Shown here in pieces: positions 63,262 to 64,000 of a stretch of 64,000 nucleotides of DNA. The stretch comes from Flavobacteriales bacterium UBA5933. GTDB lineage: Bacteria; Bacteroidota; Bacteroidia; Flavobacteriales; Weeksellaceae. Position 1 is the first letter of the stretch. Each line of letters starts with the position of its first letter. The position numbers and the translations under genes are program-made. The DNA is taken from assembly GCA_002430925.1 (NCBI GenBank), contig DJDD01000131.1, forward strand, positions 20,935-84,934. Reading direction: 5' to 3'. The notes below the pieces were generated by a model. That model did not search any database, was not told where the DNA came from, and saw only the letters and a program-made list of their open reading frames with translations.

Positions 63262-64000
63262 ATGAAAAAGTTATCATTTATTATACTTTCTTTTCTAGCC
63301 GCTGTTCAATTAATAGCACAAGAAAATTATAAAAATGGAGTAGTTGTTTCAGCTCATCCAGAAGCATCAAAAGTTGGTGTGGATATTTTGAAAAAAGGAG
63401 GAAATGCAATTGATGCTTCAATTGCAGTACAGTTTGCTTTAGCAGTCGTTTATCCAAATGCAGGAAACATTGGTGGTGGTGGATTTTTAGTTTACCGTGA
63501 TGCAAAAGGAAATACAGATGCATTAGATTATAGAGAAAAAGCTCCACTGAAAGCAAAAGAAGATATGTATTGGGATAAAAATGGAAATGCCATTACAGAT
63601 CTTAGTTTATATGGTCAATTTGCAGCTGGAGTTCCAGGTACTGTAGATGGAATGGTTAAAGCTCATGAAAAATATGGTAAATTAAGTTGGAGAGAATTAT
63701 TACAACCAGCAATTGATTTAGCTACTAATGGATTTAAATTAACAGAAAGACAAGCAAATGAATTTACGACTAAGCACGAAAAATTTTTGAAATACAATCC
63801 TAAGGTAAATGCATTTACAGAAAAAGTGACTTGGAAAGCAGGTGATATTTTTATTCAAAAAGATTTAGCTAAAACATTAAAGTTGATACAACAAAAAGGA
63901 AGAGCTGGTTTTTATGAAGGAAAAACAGCTAATCTTATTGTAAAAGAAATGAAGCGAGGAAATGGAATTATCTCTAAAGAAGATCTTAAACAATATCATT
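63262..64000 (+). CDS. ggt: Gamma-glutamyltransferase (N-terminal part; continues beyond the window end)
   Basis: Hand translation: MKKLSFIILSFLAAVQLIAQENYKNGVVVSAHPEASKVGVDILKKGGNAIDASIAVQFALAVVYPNAGNIGGGGFLVYR...GVPGTVDGMVKAHEKYGKL. It is open to the window edge, so it is absent from the track. Confidence 0.9.
   Translation, partial: MKKLSFIILSFLAAVQLIAQENYKNGVVVSAHPEASKVGVDILKKGGNAIDASIAVQFALAVVYPNAGNIGGGGFLVYRDAKGNTDALDYREKAPLKAKEDMYWDKNGNAITDLSLYGQFAAGVPGTVDGMVKAHEKYGKLSWRELLQPAIDLATNGFKLTERQANEFTTKHEKFLKYNPKVNAFTEKVTWKAGDIFIQKDLAKTLKLIQQKGRAGFYEGKTANLIVKEMKRGNGIISKEDLKQYH

Noticed and set aside
63281-63556. A 91-aa minus-strand ORF near the right end.
   Set aside because: It is antisense to a clear gamma-glutamyltransferase reading frame that starts at 63262 and stays open to the window edge.

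Overview
This is an AT-rich chromosomal segment (about 30% GC by eye, not computed) that looks like a Bacteroidota, Flavobacteriia-type genome. Supporting signs are TAnnTTTG -7 promoter boxes, a DUF4199/GT2 gene pair, a CarboxypepD_reg-type TonB receptor, and a str-S10-spc-alpha ribosomal cluster without tuf, map or adk. Layout: (i) 1-4.4 kb holds housekeeping and miscellaneous genes. (ii) 4.4-25.1 kb is a large, tightly packed Wzy/Wza/Wzc-type surface-polysaccharide locus that looks more AT-rich than its flanks. (iii) 25-41.4 kb holds core metabolism and envelope genes (acyl-CoA carboxyltransferase, acpH, glmM, satP, yidC, pyrG, an SRP RNA, pgm, PiT/DUF47). (iv) 41.6-59.2 kb is the rpsL-to-rplQ ribosomal protein, secY and rpoA cluster. 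(v) The right end holds yihY, a TonB-dependent receptor and a partial ggt. I found no defence system, CRISPR array, IS element, integrase, tRNA or rRNA. The two most notable items are: (1) a complete cassette for a lipid-linked D-arabinofuranose donor, of the type known from mycobacteria (UbiA-type phosphoribosyltransferase, DprE1-like, DprE2-like, HAD phosphatase), with a candidate GT-C transferase, sitting in the middle of the polysaccharide locus; (2) a dispersed family of 76-110 nt intergenic elements (5 copies) with conserved ends, a variable centre and compensatory base changes in three helices. One copy sits inside the ribosomal protein operon. All functional calls come from by-eye motif and homology recognition. 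No database search was run.
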